A stretch of DNA of 64,000 nucleotides, from positions 1 through 64,000 of the forward strand of contig JAEOSK010000001.1 of NCBI GenBank assembly GCA_016840405.1, in the 5' to 3' direction. Made by a program: the position numbers and the translations under genes. The notes beneath the pieces are model-generated. The model was given only the letters and a program-made list of their open reading frames with translations. It did not search any database and had not been told where the DNA came from. The DNA is from Candidatus Hermodarchaeum yapensis (lineage in GTDB: Archaea > Asgardarchaeota > Hermodarchaeia > Hermodarchaeales > Hermodarchaeaceae). This document shows positions 39,687-49,660 of this stretch, piece by piece; position 1 is the stretch's first letter, and every line of letters starts with the position of its first letter.

Positions 39687-40805
39687 CTAACTATAATCCA
39701 CCTTCACTGCATCATAACCGCACTTTGCCACACAATCCAGGCACATTATACAGTCGCGGTGATAGAGTTTTCCAGGGGGTTGGGCTATGACATCAATGCC
39801 AACCGGACAGGCCTTAGTGCATCGTTGTTCTTCACAACGACCATGGAGGCATTCAGTGGCACTCCGAGAAACGGTGAGAAAGCTAAATTGACTGACTAGA
39901 CCCATCAAGGTGCCGACAGGACAAATCCAGCGACAATAAGCACGAGTGTAGAAGAGAGCAGCTACAAGGACGATTAAGAGGAAGATGAGACGAATCCACA
40001 TGATGGGAGCCCAACTAAGAGGTGATGGGTTCCATTGAGTGATGATTGGAGAGATGACGCCATTTAGCCAAAGGTAAGGAACGATGACAAAGAATGTACC
40101 CGAAGGACTGATAACTGACCACCAGGCCGTGGCAAAGCCTCCAGCGCTATTCAGTGAGTAGACGAGGCCTGCTTCAATACCGAGAAAGGTCGACAAACCT
40201 ACCCATAAGACGAAGAACAAGGTGGTGAAGAGGAAAATGTATTTAATCCAAGAGAGGAGGCGATTTGTTTGCTTTGAGACTGTGCGAGTACGGATTGGGG
40301 TGAGAGAGCAAAGATCCTGGATGAAGCCAAAAGGGCAAACCCATCCACAAAAACTACGTCCAATCAAAATAGGGATGATTAGTACTGCGCCTAGGGCGAT
40401 GAAGGGAAACATGCCTGCCTGTCCTATTAGTTGGATGATATCAAAGAAACCTGTAGCTGTTCCTTGGGCAATGCCATGTGGCATGTCAAAGACAACCGGA
40501 ATATACCCAAAGATTGGAATAAGGAATGCTAAACCTGCAAATAATCCTGATTCAAGTAAGGGATCGTAACCCAAAACGTAGGTTATTCCTGCGTAGAATA
40601 ACAGGAGGAAAACGATAAGCTGGAAGATGAATCGGATGATTCGGATGGCGAGTATTTCCTCAAAGGCTTTTTTCACCCAGTAATGTAAGGTTTTGTGAGG
40701 ACGAGTTCTTTCTAAAATTGACTGCTTCCAACGGGCAAATCGGCTTCCCAACCGGTCCCTACTCCGTTCCTGCTTCTCTGGTGATTCTGTGTCAGTTTCG
40801 CTCAC
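39687..40805 (-). CDS. NapH/MauN-type membrane 4Fe-4S-binding protein
   Basis: FCGWVCPFG, YCRWICPVG, C-terminal ferredoxin cysteines. Confidence 0.88.
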   Translation of the reverse strand: MSETDTESPEKQERSRDRLGSRFARWKQSILERTRPHKTLHYWVKKAFEEILAIRIIRFIFQLIVFLLLFYAGITYVLGYDPLLESGLFAGLAFLIPIFGYIPVVFDMPHGIAQGTATGFFDIIQLIGQAGMFPFIALGAVLIIPILIGRSFCGWVCPFGFIQDLCSLTPIRTRTVSKQTNRLLSWIKYIFLFTTLFFVLWVGLSTFLGIEAGLVYSLNSAGGFATAWWSVISPSGTFFVIVPYLWLNGVISPIITQWNPSPLSWAPIMWIRLIFLLIVLVAALFYTRAYCRWICPVGTLMGLVSQFSFLTVSRSATECLHGRCEEQRCTKACPVGIDVIAQPPGKLYHRDCIMCLDCVAKCGYDAVKVDYS

Positions 40806-40817
40806 TATGCGAACCCC

Positions 40818-40970
40818 TTATGGTATTGGTTGTGGAAAGCCAATGGCATACGCGTCAGAGAAATATTGGAGCCATGAGCGAACCAGCTCATGTTGCCCTA
40901 TTGCAAGTCCAAAGGCAAAGGCAGAAATTCCCAAACAGAGAAGGGCAATGGCAATGACTCGTCGGTTCAT
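40818..40970 (-). CDS. 50-aa single-TM protein absent from the ORF track
   Basis: MNRRVIAIALLCLGISAFAFGLAIGQHELVRSWLQYFSDAYAIGFPQPIP; GGAGG upstream; stop 12 nt before the NapH-like gene. Confidence 0.7.
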   Translation of the reverse strand: MNRRVIAIALLCLGISAFAFGLAIGQHELVRSWLQYFSDAYAIGFPQPIP

Positions 40971-41065
40971 ACTTACGCTACCTCCAGTGAGACGTTCAGA
41001 ACTGCACTAGCGTTTAAAATGTTTTGTGTTAGGACGAGCTTTGCCTTATCTTAGTGAAAAATGAG

Positions 41066-41821
41066 CTAGAAACCTCGGAGAACTTCTTCAAAGATTTCGA
41101 CTTGTTGACCAAGTATCTTTGAACGTTTCTCCATCTTATCTTTGCGAGATTTGTAGTCTACGTCCTTCACTTCACCAACGGAGTGACGGGCATCTAAGAG
41201 AGATAATTCATTTCGAACGGCTTTATATTGGGCCTTGAGTAAGGAGAGCCACTCACGAGCCAAAATGACCTGCTCTTGATAGAGGGCGTCAGCTTCATCC
41301 AAATTCTTCTCATATTCTTCCTTTAGACGAATATAGACGCTCTCTCGAACCTTTCCACTCTCTTTCAGTTCTTCGAGCTTATCAAGTCGCTCTTTTGACG
41401 CCGACCGTTCCTTCCCTGCCTTCTCAAAGGCATATTCCTTAACCTTTGACTTAAGCTTCTTTTCTCGGGTTTTCAAAGCTTTAATCTGCTTTTGTAAAGG
41501 TTTGATTTCCTTTTCTAATTCTGCAATTGAACGATCGCCCTCTTCAAGCTCTTTCTCAAGTGTTTCTAATTGTTTCAGCAGTTCCGTATCTTCCTCTTCC
41601 AAGCTCATCAGCTGCGAACGGGCTTCCAATTGAGCTAATACCTCTGCAGGAACTTCTGTCACCGGTGCTCGTTCCGGCACCCTTTCTGGCGCAACACGCC
41701 CTGTCGTAACTGGACGGGAAACTGGCGTGGAAACAGATGCACCCATTTTCGTTCCACAATACTTACAAAATTTCGCTGTATCTTTAACGGATTGTCCGCA
41801 GTTCGGGCACACTCGTGGCAT
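41066..41821 (-). CDS. Zinc-ribbon plus CdvA-like coiled-coil protein
   Basis: CPNCG..FCKYCG; two hairpin motifs KLEELKESGKVRESVY.RLKEEY and LDARHSVGEVKDVDY. Confidence 0.72.
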   Translation of the reverse strand: MPRVCPNCGQSVKDTAKFCKYCGTKMGASVSTPVSRPVTTGRVAPERVPERAPVTEVPAEVLAQLEARSQLMSLEEEDTELLKQLETLEKELEEGDRSIAELEKEIKPLQKQIKALKTREKKLKSKVKEYAFEKAGKERSASKERLDKLEELKESGKVRESVYIRLKEEYEKNLDEADALYQEQVILAREWLSLLKAQYKAVRNELSLLDARHSVGEVKDVDYKSRKDKMEKRSKILGQQVEIFEEVLRGF

Positions 41822-41965
41822 ACACTCACCTGCCGAATCTCTTATAATTTCAAACCTAAAATACTTCGCTAACTGTCTCTTTCGCTCTATAATTACTTGA
41901 AAATGTCCGTAAAGTATATTCCCCTGAAATAACCACCATTACATGAACAAAGAGGGACAGGCTCT

Positions 41966-42856
41966 ATGCAATTTGATCTGTTCAGTTTCCTCCTAACCTA
42001 TTGGTGGATTGTCGTTATCCTCATCTTCATCATCATTCTACTCCTTATTGTCCCGTTCATCCGCGTCCTTAAAGAATACGAACGCGCAGTCATTTTCCGG
42101 TTGGGTCGTGCTGTTCCCGGGGTTAAAGGTCCCGGCGTCGTCTTCTTGCTACCCATTCTTGATAAAATGGTCAAAGTTGACCTCCGCGAACAGTATTTCG
42201 AAATCGAACACCAACGCTGTATCACCAGCGACAACGCTCCCGTCGACATCGACCTCCTCATTTACCACCGTGTCGTCAATGCTAGAGATAGCGTTCTCCG
42301 TATCCGTGGCTTTAGCGGCGCTGCCCTCGGCATCAGCCAAACCACACTCCGCGCCGTCGTTGGTGATATTACTCTCGACGATGTTCTGGCTAAACGCGAA
42401 TACATCAACAGCGTGCTCCGCGAAAAACTCGACGAGAACACCGAACCATGGGGCGTCAAAGTCACCAAAGTGGAGATTCGTGAAATTCTGCCACCTACAA
42501 AGGTAAACGAGGCTATGATTATGCAGATGGAAGCAGAAAGGCGCCGTCGTGCAATGGTCACAGAAGCCGCTGGTAAACGCGAGTCTACCATTGCGGTTGC
42601 TGAAGGTGATAAACAGTCAGCCATCCTTCGGGCGGAAGGTGAGCGCCAATCTGCTATTCTTCGCGCCGAAGGTGAAGCGTTAGCCTTGCAGAAGATCTTT
42701 GATGTTGCTAAAGGCATCGATGAAAAAACCATGACCATCCAATACTTAGAAACTCTACAAGCACTTGGTGCGAGTCCCAGTACGAAGTATGTGATTCCCA
42801 TCGAGTTTACACAAATTATCACACCAATTCAGAAATTCTTGAAAGGCATCAAATAG
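41966..42856 (+). CDS. SPFH/stomatin-family membrane protein
   Basis: EYERAVIFRLG, ITSDN, QTTLRAVVG..LD..L..RE, WGVKVTKVEI, AER.RRA. Confidence 0.95.
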   Translation: MQFDLFSFLLTYWWIVVILIFIIILLLIVPFIRVLKEYERAVIFRLGRAVPGVKGPGVVFLLPILDKMVKVDLREQYFEIEHQRCITSDNAPVDIDLLIYHRVVNARDSVLRIRGFSGAALGISQTTLRAVVGDITLDDVLAKREYINSVLREKLDENTEPWGVKVTKVEIREILPPTKVNEAMIMQMEAERRRRAMVTEAAGKRESTIAVAEGDKQSAILRAEGERQSAILRAEGEALALQKIFDVAKGIDEKTMTIQYLETLQALGASPSTKYVIPIEFTQIITPIQKFLKGIK

Positions 42857-42878
42857 TTAACTTATCGAGTGGGATGAA

Positions 42879-42900
42879 CCGGGTGGGTTCAGCTACCCGG
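42879..42900. terminator. GC-rich hairpin between convergent genes
   Basis: CCGGGTGG-GTTCAG-CTACCCGG. Confidence 0.4.
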
Positions 42901-42992
42901 ATGCATTCTAATTCGAAATGCTATTTCACTATCTTCAAAAGCATGATTTTCGAAAATTTCGTGCGAATAAAACTACGTCGCGTTTTAGAGAT

Positions 42993-43304
42993 TTACTTAG
43001 CCGCAGCTTGTACTTTTTCCTTTACAGTTTCTCGGGTATCATTATCAAGGACAGTAGTATAGGAGTCATAACCAGGAAGCCCTGTGGTGATTTCTTCAAT
43101 TAACAGCATGAGGGCTTTTTCTGAGTCCATATCTCTCACTTCAAGACTAGCATCATCAAAGATAAAACTAGCCTCCTTCCATTTGCCCTCTCCGACCTGA
43201 TACATCATATAGAGATAATCATCGGTCATCAGAATAGCGGATTTAACCTTCCAGGCATCTTCCAAGATTTCAAGAGCTTTGTTTGCGTTCTCCTCTTTAC
43301 TCAT
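42993..43304 (-). CDS. Hypothetical acidic protein
   Basis: 103-aa ORF. Confidence 0.7.
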   Translation of the reverse strand: MSKEENANKALEILEDAWKVKSAILMTDDYLYMMYQVGEGKWKEASFIFDDASLEVRDMDSEKALMLLIEEITTGLPGYDSYTTVLDNDTRETVKEKVQAAAK

Positions 43305-43385
43305 GAGACATCACATCAGTGTAAGTGTACTCTCCATTGCCTCATAAAAATACGGTGGTAGAAAAATGGTAAACCTTCCCAGGTA

Positions 43386-43946
43386 TTAGGGTTTGATCCA
43401 CGAAAATACGAAGTAGCGAACTTTCCTCGATTCTGTTGCAGTTGCCAACACAAACCGTTTTCGTACAGAAGTTGCGAGTCGACCTGCGCGGACGACTTCA
43501 ATGGCTGACACCTCATCGGATTTTGCAATGACTTCAACAATGAAGAGCGAATGGTCAATACCTGGACCTTTACGATACACAGCAAAATCTGCCCCAAATT
43601 TCAAACCTGGACGAACTACGAATCCTCGCTTTCGAAGATCTTCATAGACTTGGTATTTCCGGCTGAATTCTTTATGTTGCTTCTCAGCAATCTCGATTAA
43701 CTTCTTTTCTTTCAGGGGCGTTTTGGCATCTTCAGTGTAGACTTCAATAGTGCCTTTTCGTAGTAGATGAAGCGCCTCAAAAAAGGAAAGCTGTGAGGGG
43801 CGATCAAAATCAGAGGATTTGGGTTTTCGAATGCCAAGGGGCTTACCATAGAAACCCTTGCTGTAAAGAGTCGATCCATCTGCAGGGTTCCATACAACTA
43901 CTTTGTTCTCAACAATTTGTGCAGAAATACGGGAAGTTTTTGGCAT
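43386..43946 (-). CDS. endA: tRNA-intron endonuclease, catalytic subunit
   Basis: VYEDLRKRG, GLKFGADFAVY, PGIDHS, RLATSVRK. Confidence 0.95.
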   Translation of the reverse strand: MPKTSRISAQIVENKVVVWNPADGSTLYSKGFYGKPLGIRKPKSSDFDRPSQLSFFEALHLLRKGTIEVYTEDAKTPLKEKKLIEIAEKQHKEFSRKYQVYEDLRKRGFVVRPGLKFGADFAVYRKGPGIDHSLFIVEVIAKSDEVSAIEVVRAGRLATSVRKRFVLATATESRKVRYFVFSWIKP

Positions 43947-44007
43947 CGCAACTCACAGTGGAATTCTTCTGGGTAATTTGAGATTACGGGATTTAAAAGG
44001 AGTCCGA

Positions 44008-44658
44008 TTAAACTCTGGCAATGGCAATTATTCGTACTGCGTCCGCTGCATCCTCTGCTGCATCTGCTATTTCCTCGAGGTGTTGCCCTAAATCCTTTAG
44101 GCGCAACAGGACTTTGATATCGAGATTGGATGAGTACAAAAATTGGGTGAATCCTCGATGAGCCGCATCTGCGTCACGTTCAGCTGCATCAACCTCAATC
44201 GCTAGCTCAACGGCTTTTTTAGAATTCTGTTCTAAGAACATAATTGATTGGCGCATCTTATACACTGCATCCATAAGAGCGTCGAGTAAGCCTTTGAAGT
44301 GTTCACGAATTTTTGCATCCGGTTGAAACTCTTCCAATCCTTGAAGATCCCACGCAGATGCTTCACAAAGATCAGCGATATCATCAGTACGCATTACTAA
44401 TCGGAAGTAATCGCTACGTCGAAGCATGGTTTCAACCACGGACAGTTCATCCAGAATAGTCCGTTTAACATTGTCAGCTTCTCGTTCAAGCATAGCTAGT
44501 TTGTTAAAGTGATCCTGCTGGCGTTCTTTTCTTCCATCCATCCAGTCTTCTATCATAACACGAAGGGCTTTTGCAGCTCGTAGCACGATACCTGCATGAT
44601 CCTGGGCTATAGCCATAGCTTTGTATTCTGCGCGATTATTAGATCGTTCCAAGGTCAC
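44008..44658 (-). CDS. DUF47/PhoU-like protein (second copy)
   Basis: LEREADNVKR, DDIAD, AERDAD, LEEIADAAEDAAD. Confidence 0.88.
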   Translation of the reverse strand: MTLERSNNRAEYKAMAIAQDHAGIVLRAAKALRVMIEDWMDGRKERQQDHFNKLAMLEREADNVKRTILDELSVVETMLRRSDYFRLVMRTDDIADLCEASAWDLQGLEEFQPDAKIREHFKGLLDALMDAVYKMRQSIMFLEQNSKKAVELAIEVDAAERDADAAHRGFTQFLYSSNLDIKVLLRLKDLGQHLEEIADAAEDAADAVRIIAIARV

Positions 44659-44722
44659 TTTCGTTCAACCTCTCGGCGTTGGTGGGTCAGGTAACCACCT
44701 ATTAAAGCGTATCGAATCCGCT

Positions 44723-45586
44723 TCAAGACCCCCCAATTAAAATGAGAGGAACTGTGAGCACCACTACAATGATTCCTAATGTTAAACAGAAAATCCACCA
44801 GGGTAGCTTCAGGGCATAATAACGAAATACAGCCAAGGCTCCTAATCCCGCAATAAAGGCCACCACCATCAATACAAGCAATATCGGAATCAAAGGCACA
44901 ATCAGTAAGACATTTCCAAAGATAAGGTCAACGGCTACAACACCAAAAGCTGCGGGCACTCCTAATAGTAAGCTTAACCGGAGTGCTTCATCTCGCCTCA
45001 CACCTCTAATTAAAAGCCATGTTAATGTCATTCCCGATCGGCTTATTCCGGGTAACACAGCTACACCTTGGAGTAGCCCTAATACAAAGGCCTCCCGAAG
45101 TGAGATACCTCCTAGTGTTAGGTCACCCTGTACGCCCGGCTGAAAATACAAGACAATACCAGTCACAATAAGGAGAATTCCAACAAGGAGGGTCACGAAG
45201 CTTCCCAGAAGAACCGTTACCAGGCTTCGTAGTAAGAAATACAAAGGCAAAGCGACTATCACGGTTCCAATAGTACCCGCGACAACAAAGGCAAATAGTG
45301 GACCAAATAATTTCCTTGATTCTTTCTCGGCAGTTGGGATTTCTTCTTTTGGAGGTCGGATTTGTATGACAAGGGGGCAAAAGATGTCATGACGATAAAA
45401 GGCAATCACGGTGAAGGCGGTTCCAAGGTGTAACCAGAAAATCACCGAGAGCGCGAATTCAGGGGTGAAATGATAGATGTTTGCGGCAACAAGCAATATC
45501 TGACCTTCACTGCTCACAGGCAGATATTCTAGCAATCCTTGTAATAGTGCTAAAATCAGTAACGGGATAATCATTAGCGCGTTCAC
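44723..45586 (-). CDS. uppP: Undecaprenyl-diphosphatase (BacA/UppP family)
   Basis: QGLLEYLPVSSEG, LHLGT, PGISRSG. Confidence 0.88.
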   Translation of the reverse strand: MNALMIIPLLILALLQGLLEYLPVSSEGQILLVAANIYHFTPEFALSVIFWLHLGTAFTVIAFYRHDIFCPLVIQIRPPKEEIPTAEKESRKLFGPLFAFVVAGTIGTVIVALPLYFLLRSLVTVLLGSFVTLLVGILLIVTGIVLYFQPGVQGDLTLGGISLREAFVLGLLQGVAVLPGISRSGMTLTWLLIRGVRRDEALRLSLLLGVPAAFGVVAVDLIFGNVLLIVPLIPILLVLMVVAFIAGLGALAVFRYYALKLPWWIFCLTLGIIVVVLTVPLILIGGS

Positions 45587-45761
45587 CGTTATTGTCTCCG
45601 ATGGTATGTCTCTCGCCTATAAGGATTACCTGAGAAAAGGCGCCCATTATCGAGTATCCATAAAAGACTTGAAGTTAGTTTCTAGAATCCCTAATTCGGC
45701 TTTCGCGAGCTGGCGAATCGCTTAAAGCCTCCCGTTGTAAGAAGCCTTTCGAGGACTAGCA

Positions 45762-46124
45762 GTGGATTCAGATCAGGACTTTCCATCCGTTGAAAGCGAG
45801 AAGTTAACGCTCCTCCGACAAATGGTTCAAGATGATACTGTAAAACGAGAGCTCTTACGCTGTCTCAGCGATGGAATATGGCATACTACCTCGGAGTTGG
45901 CACGGTTCGCGCGCGAAGCAAACCCTGTAATTGGTTTAGTGACTGTGGGTACAATTCTAACTCGTATGCAAGAGCAATTGGGTGAACATTTTCTTGAGCA
46001 AATGGTGCAAAAAGCCGAAGAAGGCGTTTCCTCGTGGCGGATTGGTGTGGAATGGTTAGATGTCGTGAATGAAGTGCTAAAACAGAAGGGGAAACCTACT
46101 AAACCCTCAATATTCGATGAATAG
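45762..46124 (+). CDS. Hypothetical winged-helix-like protein
   Basis: LLRCLSDG.WHTTSELAR. Confidence 0.65.
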   Translation: MDSDQDFPSVESEKLTLLRQMVQDDTVKRELLRCLSDGIWHTTSELARFAREANPVIGLVTVGTILTRMQEQLGEHFLEQMVQKAEEGVSSWRIGVEWLDVVNEVLKQKGKPTKPSIFDE

Positions 46125-46277
46125 CGCCAAACTTTCTGAAATTGACGATGATTTTTCGTTCGATTTGTATAAAAACACGGTCTAAGAGAGCATTCATCAG
46201 GAATAGCCTTTTAATCGGTGGAAAACTTAAGTAGGAGCAGTGAGAACGGTTATTTTAGTAAAATAACGGTGTGACCC

Positions 46278-46517
46278 ATGCCAAGAGAAAAAACGACACG
46301 CATAGTTCCCCTTGCCCCAATTGATCGCCTCATCCGCAAAGCTGGTGCAGAACGAGTCAGTGAACACGCTGCCACGGAACTCGGCGAAGTCCTTGAGGAA
46401 CTCGGAACCGAAATTGCCTCCATCGCCAAAGAACTCTCTGAATTTGCTGGACGGAAAACCGTTACCCGCAAAGATATCCGACTGGCCTACAAGCAATGGA
46501 AAAAAACTCGCCGGTAA
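46278..46517 (+). CDS. Archaeal histone with short basic N- and C-terminal extensions
   Basis: PLAPIDRLIRKAGAERVS..AGRKTV...DI. Confidence 0.93.
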   Translation: MPREKTTRIVPLAPIDRLIRKAGAERVSEHAATELGEVLEELGTEIASIAKELSEFAGRKTVTRKDIRLAYKQWKKTRR

Positions 46518-46609
46518 CATAGCCAGGACAACGAACAATCTCAAGGCTTAAAATAAGTTCCATGACACAATCATATTCTGTACCCTAATTTTTAGTAGGT
46601 GACAACATC

Positions 46610-47821
46610 ATGCCACGTCGTTCACTTCGAAACAACCTAATCACCGAGCGAACAAAGACGATTCGTTATGCCATTCGCGATGTCGTCGTCACGGCCAAAC
46701 ACCTGGAGGCGAAGGGGAAAAAAATTACTTACCTCAACATCGGCGACCCAATCGTCTATGACTTTGAAACACCCCCATTCTTAGTTGAAGCGTTTTGCGA
46801 TGCTGCAAAACAAGGTCATAATGGGTATTCGGCTTCGGCTGGTATTCCAGAATTTCGAGAAGCCGTGGTTGATAAGGAAAAACGCATTAACAAGATTTCA
46901 ATTGGAGCTGCGGATGTTATTGCTACTGCAGGGATTTCTGAAGGCATTCAGATGATGATGGCGGCACTTGTTAGTCCCGGCTCTGAGGTCTTAGTTCCTG
47001 GACCAACCTATCCTCCCTATTTGGCATTTGTCCGCTTCTTTGGTGGAACAGCACAAACCTATCGCTGTATCGAAGAAGAAGGTTGGCGACCAGATCTTGA
47101 TGACATTCGTGCAAAAATCACCGAAAACACCGCTGCGATGGTCCTCATCAATCCAAATAACCCCACAGGCGCTGTATATCCATCTAAGACGGTTCAAGCC
47201 CTAGTTGACATTGCTGGTGAATTTGGCATCCCCTTGATCTCGGATGAAGTCTATGATAGGCTTGTTTATGATTTGGTTCCAACAAGCACTGCAGCTCTCG
47301 CAAAGGATGTTCCCGTAATCGGTTTCAACGGACTTTCAAAGGTGTATCTGGTTCCTGGCTGGCGTATTGGTTACATGTATTTCCACCATCCAAACCAGGA
47401 CCTCGCAGAACTCAAAGAACACATCCTCAAACAAGCCCGCATCCGTATTTGCACCAATGCCCCCGCTCAATACGCTGCCTCTATCGGTCTTCGCGAATCT
47501 GATACCTACCTTAAAGATGTCATATCCCGGTTACAAGACCGTAGAGATCTCGTTTGGAAACGACTTAACGAAATCGATGGAATATCAACATCAAAACCAG
47601 AAGGTTCCTTCTACATTTTTCCCAGCATTGATTTGCAGAACCGCTGGTCAACCGATGAAGAATTTGTAATGGCGCTTCTTAAGGAAACAGGAGTACTTGT
47701 CGTTCACGGATCTGGCTTTGACCCAGTATTTGGTTCAGACCATTTTCGATTAGTCTTCCTTGCTCCCCCACCTATTCTCAATTCTGCCCTTGATGCAATA
47801 CAAAAATTCGTTGAAAGCTAA
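46610..47821 (+). CDS. Class I/II aminotransferase (AlaT/AlaA-like)
   Basis: LNIGDP, INPNNPTG, SDEVY, NGLSK.YLVPGWRIG. Confidence 0.92.
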   Translation: MPRRSLRNNLITERTKTIRYAIRDVVVTAKHLEAKGKKITYLNIGDPIVYDFETPPFLVEAFCDAAKQGHNGYSASAGIPEFREAVVDKEKRINKISIGAADVIATAGISEGIQMMMAALVSPGSEVLVPGPTYPPYLAFVRFFGGTAQTYRCIEEEGWRPDLDDIRAKITENTAAMVLINPNNPTGAVYPSKTVQALVDIAGEFGIPLISDEVYDRLVYDLVPTSTAALAKDVPVIGFNGLSKVYLVPGWRIGYMYFHHPNQDLAELKEHILKQARIRICTNAPAQYAASIGLRESDTYLKDVISRLQDRRDLVWKRLNEIDGISTSKPEGSFYIFPSIDLQNRWSTDEEFVMALLKETGVLVVHGSGFDPVFGSDHFRLVFLAPPPILNSALDAIQKFVES

Positions 47822-47850
47822 TACTCAATCTGCACAAAACTAAGTATCGG

Positions 47851-48186
47851 TTAGTCTTCCTCTTCGGGTTCTGGTGGTTCAGTAAATTCAGTTGGTTCTG
47901 TTGCTTCTGCTGGTCTAGCAATATTCATTCGTGCTTCTTGAACCATTCGCCCAATCGTCCCAAACATCCGCTCGGGGGAAAACATCGGCATCGATACGCT
48001 GTTTTGGATAGCATTGAAGATTTCATTATGATTCAAATCGGTCGTCAGGCGAGTAGTACCGATTTCAGTTGGACCACGAAAAATCCGAACGGCCCATTGA
48101 TCTGCCACACGTCCGAGTTCTACTAAATATGACGTCATGGGGAGGAGGTATTTTTGGGTGATGGGTTGATATTCTTGGGACATCAA
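47851..48186 (-). CDS. Hypothetical protein
   Basis: 111-aa ORF with E/P tail. Confidence 0.65.
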   Translation of the reverse strand: MMSQEYQPITQKYLLPMTSYLVELGRVADQWAVRIFRGPTEIGTTRLTTDLNHNEIFNAIQNSVSMPMFSPERMFGTIGRMVQEARMNIARPAEATEPTEFTEPPEPEEED

Positions 48187-48268
48187 AAGCCGCCTCTATT
48201 TATCGTATCCATCGACATGAGCTAAAAAGCCTTTGTGCCCGGTTTTTCTAGCACTTCAGAGCTGAATC

Positions 48269-49498
48269 TTAAGCAAGAAGGGCTTGAACTTCGTCAGGGA
48301 ACTCTATTTCGATATCATTGCGAACCAACTTGGAAATTCCAGATTCAAGGCGTTTTTGCAGGGTTTTTAACCGCGCAGTAATCCGGGTGACTTGTTCCTC
48401 TATATGCGCGATTTCAGATTTCACATCCCGATGCTCCCACTCAGCACGTTCCAAGGATTTCTCCAAATCTCGACGCTCATCCGACGACACCGCACTCTCT
48501 AGCTCATCTTTCCGAGACGCAAGGTTGGAAAACCGCAACCGATACTCATCTAAGTCCCCTTTCTCAACTACCCCGGTCTTCCGATCCAACACTTTTCGAT
48601 TCAAACTCGCCTTAAAATTCATCTTACCATTTTGAATAGCCTCCGCCAACGCCATCAATCCTGCTTTCAACCGCTCAAGATCATCTGTATCACGCTGGAA
48701 AGCCGTCCACGGATCCTTCGAATATGCATCGGCCCCCTCGCCCGCTACTGAGGAGATCATTATCGACTGGCCTGCCGCCTGACTTACCTTCTTAAACGGT
48801 TTCTTGAGAAAATTCAACTGGTTCGTCACAATCATTCGAATACTATCAATTTCCTTGCGGATTCCATCGATCTCCGCCAAGCCAGAATCCATCCTGAACT
48901 GTTCAATCCCCTCCTGGTGTTCCTCGACCCTCCCCGCGGTCTGCTCCTTCTGTTCCCTTAACTTCGCCAATTGTTCAGATAATGCCAACACGTGTCGAGA
49001 CCGCTCATCAATCTCCTCTACTTCCTCACCAACCAGTTCCACCTGCTTCGGTAATTTTTCCTTTTCCCAATTTTTCTTAATCTTCTGATATCCCTGTCCA
49101 ATCGACCTAAATTGGTAATCCAACTCTTTGATAATCTTCTTATGCACACGCGGTAACCGCGGAATATACCGCCGCCCAGCATGCGTCGTATCCTGCAAAT
49201 AATCCTCTAAATCATCCAGCAATTCCTCTACCGAAGAATAGGTAATCTCCTCTGGAAACACCATGTCCTTTGCACTACTTTTCAAACGGCTCGCTAACTT
49301 CTGAGCCGAACCGGGCACCGTCAACTCCCCATCAATCACTACCTCTTCCAATAGCTCATCCGACGTCTCTACCGTTTTCACCAACGCCTCATCAATCCGG
49401 TCCAACTGCTTCTGAATATCCAACCGATAATTCGAAAGCAACTCACTGGTCCGCTCAGCAAACCACTCCGGCAACTCATGCACGCCAATCACAGTCAA
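48269..49498 (-). CDS. Long helical/coiled-coil protein
   Basis: 409 aa, heptad-rich. Confidence 0.8.
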   Translation of the reverse strand: MTVIGVHELPEWFAERTSELLSNYRLDIQKQLDRIDEALVKTVETSDELLEEVVIDGELTVPGSAQKLASRLKSSAKDMVFPEEITYSSVEELLDDLEDYLQDTTHAGRRYIPRLPRVHKKIIKELDYQFRSIGQGYQKIKKNWEKEKLPKQVELVGEEVEEIDERSRHVLALSEQLAKLREQKEQTAGRVEEHQEGIEQFRMDSGLAEIDGIRKEIDSIRMIVTNQLNFLKKPFKKVSQAAGQSIMISSVAGEGADAYSKDPWTAFQRDTDDLERLKAGLMALAEAIQNGKMNFKASLNRKVLDRKTGVVEKGDLDEYRLRFSNLASRKDELESAVSSDERRDLEKSLERAEWEHRDVKSEIAHIEEQVTRITARLKTLQKRLESGISKLVRNDIEIEFPDEVQALLA

Positions 49499-49660
49499 TC
49501 TTCACAGCCTCGCTTCACAAAACAGAACCACCTACTAAAAAAACTACCTCAAGAGAATCCTAATCACCACCCCGCCCAAGCAGCTTGCACGAAAAGCTTA
49601 TCAACGCTCTTCCATAGTCAAGAATGCAACGCTAAAATCTTATGCTGTGGTGAGCGGGCA

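Noticed and set aside
49478-49660. N-terminal extension of the GTPase ORF
   Set aside because: Overlaps the divergent gene start and spans the intergenic region; implausible sequence.
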